This document shows positions 29,920 through 39,048 of a DNA stretch of 64,000 nt, piece by piece. The notes below the pieces were generated by a model. The model had not been told where the DNA came from. It was given only the letters and a program-made list of their open reading frames with translations, and ran no database searches. The DNA comes from Candidatus Omnitrophota bacterium. Lineage in GTDB: Bacteria > Omnitrophota > Gorgyraeia > Gygaellales > Profunditerraquicolaceae. The first letter of the stretch is position 1; every line of letters starts with the position of its first letter. The DNA lies in assembly GCA_049517335.1 (NCBI GenBank), contig JBEKSD010000002.1, positions 1 to 64,000 of the forward strand. The letters run 5' to 3'. The position numbers were made by a program, and so were the translations under genes.

Positions 29920-30695
29920 GAAATACTTCAAAGAAATATTTAATTGTTATAATTTTAATTACGATAATCACGCTTATTATTCTAATTTTAGCCTTAAAGA
30001 AATCCACTTTAAGGATCCATAAAATCTCCGTTCCTTTTAAAGGAAAAATCGCCATAGTAATCGATGATTGGGGGTATAACTTAAACAATATACCGATTGC
30101 TGAAGGGATCAAATACCCTTTTACCGCTTCGGTCTTACCTAACCTCAAAAGTTCTAAAGAAGCGGCTTACAGGCTTCATTCGGCTGGCTTTGAAGTTATA
30201 TTGCATTTACCGATGGAGCCGAAAGAGAAATACGGGCTGGAAAAGAATACGATTACAGTGTCAACGGATAAAGAATCTATTAATAAGATAATTAGTGAAG
30301 ACTTGAGCAATATTGTTTATGCTAAGGGAATATCTAACCACATGGGCTCGCGTGCCACGGAAGACAGCCGCATTATGACACTGGTATTTAAAGAATTAAA
30401 AAACAGGCATCTTTATTTTCTGGATAGTTTTGTCACTCCGCGCTCCGTATGCCGGGAGGTAGCTGGAAAAATCGGCATCCCGTCCGCAAAAAGGGATATT
30501 TTTCTGGACAATAAGGTTGAAAAAACATATATAAGGCAGCAGATTAATAAATTAAAATCCTGCTCAAGGAGAAAAGGATGGGCTGTAGGAATTGGCCATG
30601 ACCGCAAGGTAACCTTGGAGACCTTAAAAGAAGAAATGCCTGCCCTTACAAAAGAAGGATATAGGTTAGTTTTCGTTTCCGAATTAGTTAATTAA
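29916..30695 (+). CDS. Divergent polysaccharide deacetylase (YibQ family)
   Basis: AIVIDD.G, LHLPMEP, NHMGS, FLDS, D.FLD, IGH. Typical position after ctpA. Confidence 0.9.
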   Translation: MRNTSKKYLIVIILITIITLIILILALKKSTLRIHKISVPFKGKIAIVIDDWGYNLNNIPIAEGIKYPFTASVLPNLKSSKEAAYRLHSAGFEVILHLPMEPKEKYGLEKNTITVSTDKESINKIISEDLSNIVYAKGISNHMGSRATEDSRIMTLVFKELKNRHLYFLDSFVTPRSVCREVAGKIGIPSAKRDIFLDNKVEKTYIRQQINKLKSCSRRKGWAVGIGHDRKVTLETLKEEMPALTKEGYRLVFVSELVN

Positions 30696-30711
30696 TAGCC
30701 AGGTTAAGAAT

Positions 30712-31680
30712 ATGATCGTATTAGGAATAGAGACATCCTGCGACGAAACTTCCGCAGCTGTTGTTAAAAACGGCAGAAAAGTTATGTCTAATGTAGTAGC
30801 TTCAAGTCTGAATTTTCATAAGAAATTCGGGGGAATAGTCCCTGAGATTGCTTCGCGTAAGCAGCTTGAGGCTATCGTTCAGGTAACGGACAGCGCAATC
30901 AAAAGCGCAAAAATTACTTTAAAAGACATAGGCCTTATTACAGTGACCGCTGAGCCCGGGCTTCCCGGCTCCTTATTGGTAGGAACGTCTTTTTCAAAGG
31001 CTGTTTCATTAAGCCTAAACGTGCCTCTTCTTAGCATTAATCATGTTTATAGCCATATTTACGCAAATTTCCTGAATAGTGGAAGGGTTAAACTTCCTTT
31101 TACGGCTTTAGTTGTTTCCGGAGGGCACACGAGCTTATTTTACGTAAAAAGTTTTAGCCGGATTGAGCCTTTAGGTCGGACTCTGGATGATGCCTGCGGC
31201 GAAGCATTTGACAAGGTTGCTAAAATCTTAGGGTTAAGTTATCCCGGCGGCCCAGCAATCGAAAGGCTGGCTAAAGAGGGAAACGGCAAAAGATTCAAAT
31301 TCCGCTGTTCAGGCACAAAGAACGCGCTTGATTTCAGTTTTAGTGGAATAAAAACAGCTGTCTTATACGCAGTAAGAAATAAAAGGCTCTTAATAAAAGA
31401 CAAGAAAGATATTGCCGCATCTTTTCAGGAGGTAGTTTTTGATACTTTAATAGCGAAATCTTTTCTTGCCTGTAAAATAAAAAAAACTACCCGCCTTGTA
31501 TTTGGCGGAGGAGTCATCGCAAATATGAGGCTACGGGAGAAATTTAAGCTCACAGGGCAGGCTAAAGGGATAAATTGTTATTTCCCTCCAAAAATTTTAT
31601 GTATGGATAACGCAGCCATGGTGGCAGGATTAGGCTATCAGTTACGTAAACACGGAGGATATGAGTATGCTCACGGATAA
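30712..31680 (+). CDS. tsaD: tRNA t6A37 threonylcarbamoyltransferase TsaD
   Basis: LGIETSCDET, GGIVPEIASR, H..SH, VSGGHT, DDACGEAFDK, DNAAM. Confidence 0.95.
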   Translation: MIVLGIETSCDETSAAVVKNGRKVMSNVVASSLNFHKKFGGIVPEIASRKQLEAIVQVTDSAIKSAKITLKDIGLITVTAEPGLPGSLLVGTSFSKAVSLSLNVPLLSINHVYSHIYANFLNSGRVKLPFTALVVSGGHTSLFYVKSFSRIEPLGRTLDDACGEAFDKVAKILGLSYPGGPAIERLAKEGNGKRFKFRCSGTKNALDFSFSGIKTAVLYAVRNKRLLIKDKKDIAASFQEVVFDTLIAKSFLACKIKKTTRLVFGGGVIANMRLREKFKLTGQAKGINCYFPPKILCMDNAAMVAGLGYQLRKHGGYEYAHG

Positions 31681-32110
31681 CCAAATTATTTACCGGTTGT
31701 GTTTAACCGTATTCTTAAGCGGCCTGATTGGTCTTGAACGCCAAATCCAAAGAAGGCACGCGGGCCTGCGCACGCATATTTTGCTGGCCCTTGGTTCCTG
31801 TCTTATAATGTTGACATCCCTGTATGTTTTTGATATATATAAAGACATAACCAAGCTTGATCCGGCGCGGATTGCCGCAGGTGTTATTACCGGCATCGGG
31901 TTTTTGGGAGCGGGCACAATTATAAGGGACAATGAGGGCATCCGGGGACTGACTACTGCTGCCAGCCTTTGGGTTGTTTCCGGAATAGGCCTTGCAGTCG
32001 GCTGTGGCTTTGGCCATGCGGCAATATATACGACGGTTTTAACCCTAATCGTGCTTTTTATCTTAAGGTATGTTGAAAACATAATGTTTCTTCAGAATAA
32101 AGATAAGTAG
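31661..32110 (+). CDS. MgtC/SapB family membrane protein
   Basis: IGLERQ...AGLRTH, D..RIAA.VITGIGFLGAG, GLTTAA.LW. Confidence 0.92.
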   Translation: MSMLTDNQIIYRLCLTVFLSGLIGLERQIQRRHAGLRTHILLALGSCLIMLTSLYVFDIYKDITKLDPARIAAGVITGIGFLGAGTIIRDNEGIRGLTTAASLWVVSGIGLAVGCGFGHAAIYTTVLTLIVLFILRYVENIMFLQNKDK

Positions 32111-32131
32111 TCTAATACAAGGAGGTGGTGT

Positions 32132-32635
32132 ATGTCCTTTAAGAAGAAGCTGGAAGAAAAAATCCTGGATGTGGATGCTTCTATGCAAGGGTCGCTAAGT
32201 TTTAAAGACCCTGTTAACTTACGCATAAACGGTAAATTTGAAGGTACGCTTGAAACCCGTGGAAATTTGACTATCGGCCCTACTGCCGTTGTAAATGCGG
32301 ATATTGTCGGAGATAATATCATTGTCGGAGGCAGGATTAAAGGAAGAATAACCGCAAAAGAAAGGCTGACCCTTCTTCCTACGGCAATCGTTGACGGCGA
32401 TATCTTTTCGGTACGGCTTAACATCGCTGAGGGCGCCGTATTTGAAGGAAACTGCTCCATGCTCCATGATTTGCTAAACGCTCAGGAGTTAGCGCGTTAC
32501 CTTGAAGTTGATCTGAATTCGGTGATGGAATGGGTGAGTGCTGGAAAACTTCCTGGGCATAAAGAAGGCAACGACTGGAGATTTGACAGGAAAGAAGTTG
32601 ACTCCTGGGTCGCCTCGGGAAAAATTGAAAGCTAA
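32132..32635 (+). CDS. Bactofilin fused to a C-terminal Xis/MerR-like (HTH_17) domain
   Basis: Beta-helix repeats (LRINGKFEG, LTIG..A.V.ADI, I.V.G.I.G.I.A, GDI....L.I.EGA.FEG.C.M), then LNAQELARYL...GKLPG.K.G..WRF. Confidence 0.85.
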   Translation: MSFKKKLEEKILDVDASMQGSLSFKDPVNLRINGKFEGTLETRGNLTIGPTAVVNADIVGDNIIVGGRIKGRITAKERLTLLPTAIVDGDIFSVRLNIAEGAVFEGNCSMLHDLLNAQELARYLEVDLNSVMEWVSAGKLPGHKEGNDWRFDRKEVDSWVASGKIES

Positions 32636-32653
32636 AAAATAAATTAAGATTTT

Positions 32654-32968
32654 ATGGCAGAAGAGAAACTTTTAACAGTTAGGGACGTTGCCGGAGTTTT
32701 AGGCATATCGGAAAAAGAAGTAATGGAATTAGCCGAAAGCGGAGCTATTCCTGCTTACAAGGTAGGTGGAGTCTACTTAAGATTTAAGAAGGAACAAATT
32801 CAGGAATTCAGGAAACTTGCAAAGCATCCTTCGGTAGTTAAGGGGCAAGTCTGGGAAAAATACAACTTGGGCGAAAAACTTAAGGATTTCCTGTACTTCA
32901 ATGATTTTTATCTCATTTCAGCCCTTGTAATTATTTTCCTTCTTTTTATAATATTTCAGGGAAATTAA
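32654..32968 (+). CDS. HTH_17 (excisionase-like) protein with a C-terminal transmembrane anchor
   Basis: LLTVRDVA..LG......G.IPAYKVGG.YLRF, then the hydrophobic segment FYLISALVIIFLLFIIF. Confidence 0.8.
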   Translation: MAEEKLLTVRDVAGVLGISEKEVMELAESGAIPAYKVGGVYLRFKKEQIQEFRKLAKHPSVVKGQVWEKYNLGEKLKDFLYFNDFYLISALVIIFLLFIIFQGN

Positions 32969-32973
32969 CAATA

Positions 32974-33642
32974 ATGGCTTTAAATAAGGGGTTTTGCGAC
33001 CTTGGTTTTGCCAAGGTTGATCTGGATAGATGCAGGCGCAGAGGAATCGCCGAGGTTATTTATTGCCCGGGGAAAGACAGGAAACATCTTAAAAAAATCT
33101 GCAGCCGGTTAATAAAAAGCGGACAAAATCTTCTTTTAACCCGCCTGGACAAAAAGACCTATTTGTATCTAAAAAAATCAAACCCCCATTTAAAATATAA
33201 CATTTTAGCTAAAATCGCCTTTTTAAATAAAAAAATTGCAACATCTAAAAAGGGCTCTATACTTATCGTGTCCGCCGGCACCTCTGATCTGGCAGTGGCG
33301 GAAGAGGCAGCTGTTACGGCGCAAGTCCTTGGCAATAAGGTTAAGCGGCTTTACGATGTGGGCGTTGCCGGAGTGCATCGCCTCATCCATAATATAGGGC
33401 TGTTAAAAGAAGCTTCAGTCATCGTAGTAGTTGCGGGTATGGAAGGCGCTTTGCCGAGTATCGTAAGCGGAATGGTGGCAGTGCCCGTGGTTGCGGTCCC
33501 GACGAGCTGCGGTTACGGAGCGAATTTTGCAGGATTGTCTTCATTACTTACAATGCTAAACAGTTGTTCTCCCGGTATAGGCGTAGTCAATATTGATAAC
33601 GGATTTGGGGCTGGGTATTTAGCCGCATTAATTAATAGGTAA
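32974..33642 (+). CDS. larB: Nickel-pincer cofactor biosynthesis protein LarB (PurE-like)
   Basis: AKVD..R..R.G..EVI...GK, AGTSD..VAEEA, DVGVAG.HR, AGMEGAL.S, PTS.GYG, VNIDNGFGA. Confidence 0.92.
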   Translation: MALNKGFCDLGFAKVDLDRCRRRGIAEVIYCPGKDRKHLKKICSRLIKSGQNLLLTRLDKKTYLYLKKSNPHLKYNILAKIAFLNKKIATSKKGSILIVSAGTSDLAVAEEAAVTAQVLGNKVKRLYDVGVAGVHRLIHNIGLLKEASVIVVVAGMEGALPSIVSGMVAVPVVAVPTSCGYGANFAGLSSLLTMLNSCSPGIGVVNIDNGFGAGYLAALINR

Positions 33643-33649
33643 ATAACAA

Positions 33650-34069
33650 ATGGCTAACAAAATTTCTTTGAAAGAAGCAATTAAATTTCACGGGCATTTG
33701 GGCCCTTATCTAGTTTTGGGCCTACTCTGCGGAGATTCCGCCATAAAAAAACTTAAGGCTAATAAATATTTCGGAATAAACGTTAAAGTCTGGGGCGCAA
33801 ATAAAAAACCTCAATCCTGCCTCATTGACGGCCTGCAGCTTTCAACGGGAGCAACGTACGGTAAAGGCAATATCTCTAAATTTAACGCTAAGAAAATAAA
33901 AATTGAGGTTCTTAATAATTCCAACGGCAAAAAGGCCGCTTTTAAATTTAAGCCGGCCATAATTCAAAGGCTTAAAAGAACAAAGACACATAGGGATTCG
34001 GAAATTTTGGCAAAAAAATTATTTAAAGAAGGTCCCCGGAATATTTTTGACCTTTTGCCTGTAACCTAA
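33650..34069 (+). CDS. FmdE/FwdE family protein
   Basis: FHGHLGP...LG, SC.IDGLQ.STGATYGKGN. Confidence 0.85.
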   Translation: MANKISLKEAIKFHGHLGPYLVLGLLCGDSAIKKLKANKYFGINVKVWGANKKPQSCLIDGLQLSTGATYGKGNISKFNAKKIKIEVLNNSNGKKAAFKFKPAIIQRLKRTKTHRDSEILAKKLFKEGPRNIFDLLPVT

Positions 34070-34091
34070 TACTCATTATTAAGGAACAACC

Positions 34092-35423
34092 ATGCCCCTC
34101 TCAGGATTGGATATTTATAAACTATTACCTAAAACCAACTGCAAGCAATGCGGATTTGCGACCTGTCTTGCTTTCGCCATGCAACTGGCCAAGAAGGCGG
34201 TCGTAATAGAAAAATGCCCTTACTTAAGTACAGAGGCAAAAAAAATCCTGGAGGATTCCGCGCAGCCGCCTATAAAATTAGTAACCATCGGTATAGGAGA
34301 AGATAAAGTGGAAGTCGGAAATGAATCAGTCGTCTTCCGTCATGAAGAGAAATTCCACAGGCCGTGCGCAGCCGGTTTTATCATCAATGACAGCCTGAGC
34401 GATGTTGAAATTTTAAATAAAGTTAAAGAAATCAATAATCTTAAGTTTGAACGCGTGGGACAAAAGCTTGAGGTTAATATAATCGCCGTTAAACAGTGCT
34501 CTGATGCAACAAGGTTTAAAGATGCGGTAAAACTCATTTCTTCCAATACCCGGCTCAATCTGGTGCTGATGAGCGAAGATTTAACCGCGTTAAAGGAAGC
34601 GACGGTATTTACAAAAGATAGAAGACCTTTAATTTATAATGCCAATAAGAATAACCTTAGCGAGGCGGTAAAGTTAGCCAAGGAATTTAACCTGCCATTA
34701 GTAGTAAAAGGCGCTGATTTAAATGAGATTTCAAATCTGACAAAGGAATTAACTGGCTTCGGGTTAAGCGAGCTCATTTTGGATACAGGGGAGAAAAACA
34801 TCAAGGATAAATTATGGGACTTCACTCAAATCAGGAGACAGGCGCTGAAAAAATCCAATCGCCTCTTAGGTTATCCCGCATTGGCTATTGTAGATAAGGC
34901 CGATCCTTATGCGGAAGCAGTTGAAGCCGCAACTTACATTGCCAAATACGCCGGCATTATCCTATTAAGGAATATCCATGCCTGGGAGGTTTTAGCGCTG
35001 CTTACCTTAAGGCAGAATATTTATACCGACCCCCAAAAACCACTACAGATTGAACCTAAGATTTACGCCGTTGGCCAGGTAAATAAAAAATCTCCTCTCT
35101 TAATCACTACGAATTTTTCACTGTCTTATTACACCGTGCTCGCTGAAGTAGAAGCAAGCAAAATCCCCTCATACATTATGAGTGTAGATACCGAAGGTAT
35201 GTCTGTTTTGACGGCGTGGGCAGCGGAAAAGTTCACGCCGGATAAAATTTCCGATTCCATTAATAAATTCGGAGTATCAGAAGTTGTGTCGCATAAAAAT
35301 TTAATTATACCCGGTTATGTCGCGGTAATGAGCGGAGATTTAGAGGAACATTCGGGTTATAAAGTTATTGTCGGGCCGAAAGAAGCTGCCGGTATTCCGT
35401 CGTTCTTAAAAAATTTACAATAA
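34092..35423 (+). CDS. acsC: Corrinoid Fe-S protein large (gamma) subunit
   Basis: LPKTNCKQCGF.TCLAFA...CP 4Fe-4S motif, RHE..F, NIYTDPQKP, TTNFSL.Y, SVLTAWAA.KF. Confidence 0.96.
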   Translation: MPLSGLDIYKLLPKTNCKQCGFATCLAFAMQLAKKAVVIEKCPYLSTEAKKILEDSAQPPIKLVTIGIGEDKVEVGNESVVFRHEEKFHRPCAAGFIINDSLSDVEILNKVKEINNLKFERVGQKLEVNIIAVKQCSDATRFKDAVKLISSNTRLNLVLMSEDLTALKEATVFTKDRRPLIYNANKNNLSEAVKLAKEFNLPLVVKGADLNEISNLTKELTGFGLSELILDTGEKNIKDKLWDFTQIRRQALKKSNRLLGYPALAIVDKADPYAEAVEAATYIAKYAGIILLRNIHAWEVLALLTLRQNIYTDPQKPLQIEPKIYAVGQVNKKSPLLITTNFSLSYYTVLAEVEASKIPSYIMSVDTEGMSVLTAWAAEKFTPDKISDSINKFGVSEVVSHKNLIIPGYVAVMSGDLEEHSGYKVIVGPKEAAGIPSFLKNLQ

Positions 35424-35453
35424 ACTGCATAATAGACGCTTTAAATATAAAAT

Positions 35454-37361
35454 ATGGAAAAATTTAAGGTAACATTTCATCCTAAGAATAAAAGTATTGA
35501 GGTGCTTAAAGATACTACGATTTTATCCGCGGCTATATCCGCAGGAGTAGCTATAAATTCCGCCTGCGGCGGAGATGGAGTATGTGGGAAATGCAAGGTT
35601 CTTATAAAAAACGGAAAAGTGGTTGCTCAGGCAAATTCCGTATTGACATTAGAGGAAAAACGCCGGCAAGTTTACCTTGCCTGCCAGACCACAATTCACA
35701 GCGATTTAGAAGTTGAAGTGTTGCCTGAATCAAAATTTGATACGGCCGGCTTAAGAATTAAAGGGCTTTATACAAAATCAGAGAACGTTGAACCGGTAAG
35801 AGAGATTCCAGAAGAAAGTATTTTTAAACACTCCCCGCTTGCCACAAAATTATATCTTCAGCTTCCTAAGCCTAATTTTGAAGATACGGCCGGCGACCTT
35901 GAAAGGATTTACAGGGAGTTACGTAATATCAAGGGTTTTCCTCTCGCCCAGACCGCTCTTACCAATATACGCCAGCTGGGGGAGTTATTAAGGGATTCAG
36001 ACTGGAAGATAACCGTAACATTGGGTAGGAGAAATGACGCCATTGAAATAGTTTTGATTGAGCCGGGTGATACTACGGCTAATAATTTCGGCCTTGCTTT
36101 TGATATCGGGACAACGACTATTTCAGGACAGCTCATTGACTTAAACTCCAAAAAAATCCTTGGCACCAAGGCCAGTTATAACAAACAGGCCAGTTTTGGA
36201 AGCGACGTGATTACCCGTATAATTTACGCCCATGAGCGGGACGGCCTTGAGAAACTGCATAACGCCGTAGTTGAGACCATAAACCTGATCATTAGGGAGC
36301 TGGTAAAAGAACATAACGTAAATCTAAATGACGTAAATTGTATTTTGTGCGCGGGCAATACGACAATGATACATCTTCTCTTAAGCGTAGATCCTACTTA
36401 CATAAGAAAAGAACCTTATATCCCTACGATAAATTCCGTTCCAACTATTCGCGCGAAAGAAGCCGGAATAAATATAAACCCGCGCGCTCTTTTATCGTGC
36501 GTTCCGGGGGTTTCGAGCTATGTCGGAGGCGATACGACCGCAGGGATCTTATCAAGCTGCTTGTATAAAGAAGAGGGCTTAAGCATTTTAATTGACATAG
36601 GGACTAACGGAGAGATTGCGCTGGGGAATAAGGAATTTATGGTCGCATGCGCTGCTTCAGCAGGTCCAGCATTTGAAGGAAGCGGCATAACAAGCGGAAT
36701 GCGCGCAAGCAAAGGCGCGATAGAAAAGGTGAGGATTAGCCCTAAAACTCAAAAGGTGATTTTTGAAACCATAGGAGAAGAGAAACCCCGCGGTATCTGC
36801 GGTTCAGGTTACATTGACATAATCGGGGAATTACTTACGGCCGGAATAATTGACAAGAGCGGGAAAATCATAGTTGAAGGCAGACGCATCCGGGAAAGCG
36901 ACTTAGGAAAAGAATTCCTTATAGCGTCTAAGGAAGAATCCGCTACCGGTGGAGACATCGTAATCAATGAAGCGGACATAGATAACATCAAAAGGGCAAA
37001 AGCCGCAATATATTCCGCGGTTTCTATTCTAGTTGAACATCTAAATTTTGATTTTTCTGAAATAAAAAAAGTATTCATAGCAGGCGGATTCGGCACTTCC
37101 ATAGACATTGAAAAGGCAATCAGAATAGGATTGCTTCCGGATCTAAACAGGGACGTATTTAAATTCATCGGCAATAGCGCACTCAAAGGAGCCCAGGAAA
37201 TGCTTTTGTATTCCGATACTGAGAAAATCGCACAGGAAATTGCCAATAAAATTACCTATATTGAATTATCGGCTGACCCGGGATATATGGACCATTATAT
37301 GGCGGCCCTGTTTTTCCCGCATACTGACTTATCAAGATTCCCTTCGTTAAAGGAGAAATAA
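35454..37361 (+). CDS. acsV: Corrinoid activation protein (RACo/AcsV; 2Fe-2S plus ASKHA)
   Basis: CGG.G.CGKC...LACQ, DIGTTT, G.DVITRI, DIGTNGE, AGPAFEG, GICGSG, AGGFG. Confidence 0.92.
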   Translation: MEKFKVTFHPKNKSIEVLKDTTILSAAISAGVAINSACGGDGVCGKCKVLIKNGKVVAQANSVLTLEEKRRQVYLACQTTIHSDLEVEVLPESKFDTAGLRIKGLYTKSENVEPVREIPEESIFKHSPLATKLYLQLPKPNFEDTAGDLERIYRELRNIKGFPLAQTALTNIRQLGELLRDSDWKITVTLGRRNDAIEIVLIEPGDTTANNFGLAFDIGTTTISGQLIDLNSKKILGTKASYNKQASFGSDVITRIIYAHERDGLEKLHNAVVETINLIIRELVKEHNVNLNDVNCILCAGNTTMIHLLLSVDPTYIRKEPYIPTINSVPTIRAKEAGININPRALLSCVPGVSSYVGGDTTAGILSSCLYKEEGLSILIDIGTNGEIALGNKEFMVACAASAGPAFEGSGITSGMRASKGAIEKVRISPKTQKVIFETIGEEKPRGICGSGYIDIIGELLTAGIIDKSGKIIVEGRRIRESDLGKEFLIASKEESATGGDIVINEADIDNIKRAKAAIYSAVSILVEHLNFDFSEIKKVFIAGGFGTSIDIEKAIRIGLLPDLNRDVFKFIGNSALKGAQEMLLYSDTEKIAQEIANKITYIELSADPGYMDHYMAALFFPHTDLSRFPSLKEK

Positions 37362-38104
37362 TGGGGCGCGTTATCGCTTTTGCCGGAAAGGGCGGGACAG
37401 GAAAAACCACAACCGCGGCTTTAGTTGTGAGGATTATCAGAGAAAAGAAGTTGGGCTCGATCCTTGCAATAGATGCCGATCCAAATAACAATCTGGCTGA
37501 AATTTTGGGGCTTACGGTAAAACAAACCATCGGTTCCATTTTGGATGATGTTACCGCCTCATCCAAAAATGTCCCCGCAGGGATGACTAAAGATAGGTTT
37601 ATTGAATATGAAGTGCAGGCGGCTGTGGAAGAAGGGGACGGCTTTGATATTCTAACGATGGGCCGGCCCGAAGGCCCGGGCTGTTATTGCTACGTAAATA
37701 ACATCTTGCGTAACGTTATGAGCAACTTAATTAAAGATTATGATTATGTGATCATTGATAATGAAGCAGGCTTAGAGCACCTCTCGCGCAGGACAACAAA
37801 AAACGCGGACGCAATGATTATCGTATCTGATGCTTCCGCAATCGGGCTTAAAGCTGCCGGAAGGATAGTTGAACTTATAAAAGAATTAAAAATCCGGGTC
37901 AGGAATAATTTTTTACTTGTCAGCCGGGCCTACTCAGATATCGACAAGCAAAAAATACAAGATTTAAACCTTGAATATCTAGGATTTATCCCGCACGATA
38001 CTGAAATTGAAAAATTAAGCTTATTGGGTTTATCGTTAATGAATCTGAAGGACGATACTGTAAGCTTAAATCATTTGAGAAAACTGGGAGAAAAAATATG
38101 GTAG
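37361..38104 (+). CDS. cooC: CooC/AcsF Ni-insertion ATPase
   Basis: GKGGTGKTT, IDADP, GPGCYC, DNEAGLEHLSR. Confidence 0.92.
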   Translation: MGRVIAFAGKGGTGKTTTAALVVRIIREKKLGSILAIDADPNNNLAEILGLTVKQTIGSILDDVTASSKNVPAGMTKDRFIEYEVQAAVEEGDGFDILTMGRPEGPGCYCYVNNILRNVMSNLIKDYDYVIIDNEAGLEHLSRRTTKNADAMIIVSDASAIGLKAAGRIVELIKELKIRVRNNFLLVSRAYSDIDKQKIQDLNLEYLGFIPHDTEIEKLSLLGLSLMNLKDDTVSLNHLRKLGEKIW

Positions 38105-39036
38105 CGGAATTAATGTTGGAAAAATGGTCAGGGCAAGTTGCTACTGTGGTAATCGGCGCTACAAAAGAAGAAGGCGGGACCCGGGCGCATTCGGTCAGGG
38201 TAGGGGGGCAAAAAAGTTTACCGTTCTTATTTGCCGAAGGAGACATACCAAATAAACCGGTGATTGCTTTTGAAATCTGGGATGCCCAGCCCCTAGACTG
38301 GCCTGAACAGCTAGTTAAAGAATATGGCGACGTTTTGAAAGACCCTTTCTTATGGGCGCAGAAATGCGTAAAGGATTTTAAGGCTAGAGTTTTATGCGTG
38401 CGCCTTCAGGCTACGCACCCTGATTTCGCTAATAAAGATGCACCGGATGAGGCAAAATTCATATCAATGCTGCTTAAAAAAGTTGATGTGCCTCTTATTA
38501 TTTTGGGATGTGGCGATGACGTAAAGGATAACCAGATTTTCCCCGCAGCCAGCGAAGCAGCAAGGGGAGAACGCTGCCTGATAGGAAACGCTGTACAGGA
38601 TAATTATAAAACCTTAACCGCTGCCGTACTTGCCGATGGCCACAACATCATTGCCGAGTCGCCTATTGACATCAATATAGCAAAACAGCTGAATATTCTG
38701 ATTTCAGATATGGGGTTACCACTCGAACGCATTGTCATAAACCCGACTATTGGAGCATTAGGATACGGATTAGAATACGCTTACTCTATTATGGAGAGGG
38801 CGCGTCTTGCCGCACTTTCAGGAGACAAAACGGTCGCTTCGCCTTTTATCTGTTTTGTAGGACAAGAGGCGTGGAGGGCAAAGGAAGCAAAAGATACTTT
38901 TGAACAACAGGGAATTGTCTGGGAAGTAATTACTGCAGCTGCTTTGATTCAGGCAGGAGGCGATATTTTAGTGATGCGTCATCCCAAAGCAGCTGAAGAA
39001 GTAAATAAATACATAGAAACATTATTTAAAAAATAA
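38098..39036 (+). CDS. acsD: Corrinoid Fe-S protein small (delta) subunit
   Basis: GATKEEGGTR...VGG, SPIDINIAKQLN, LGYGLEY.YS.MER.RLAAL, MRHP. Confidence 0.95.
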   Translation: MVAELMLEKWSGQVATVVIGATKEEGGTRAHSVRVGGQKSLPFLFAEGDIPNKPVIAFEIWDAQPLDWPEQLVKEYGDVLKDPFLWAQKCVKDFKARVLCVRLQATHPDFANKDAPDEAKFISMLLKKVDVPLIILGCGDDVKDNQIFPAASEAARGERCLIGNAVQDNYKTLTAAVLADGHNIIAESPIDINIAKQLNILISDMGLPLERIVINPTIGALGYGLEYAYSIMERARLAALSGDKTVASPFICFVGQEAWRAKEAKDTFEQQGIVWEVITAAALIQAGGDILVMRHPKAAEEVNKYIETLFKK

Positions 39037-39048
39037 AACGGAGTTAAT

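Noticed and set aside
32132-32968. Prophage or ICE excisionase remnants
   Set aside because: No integrase, att site or phage genes nearby. The HTH domains are fused to bactofilin or a TM helix and sit in a housekeeping operon.
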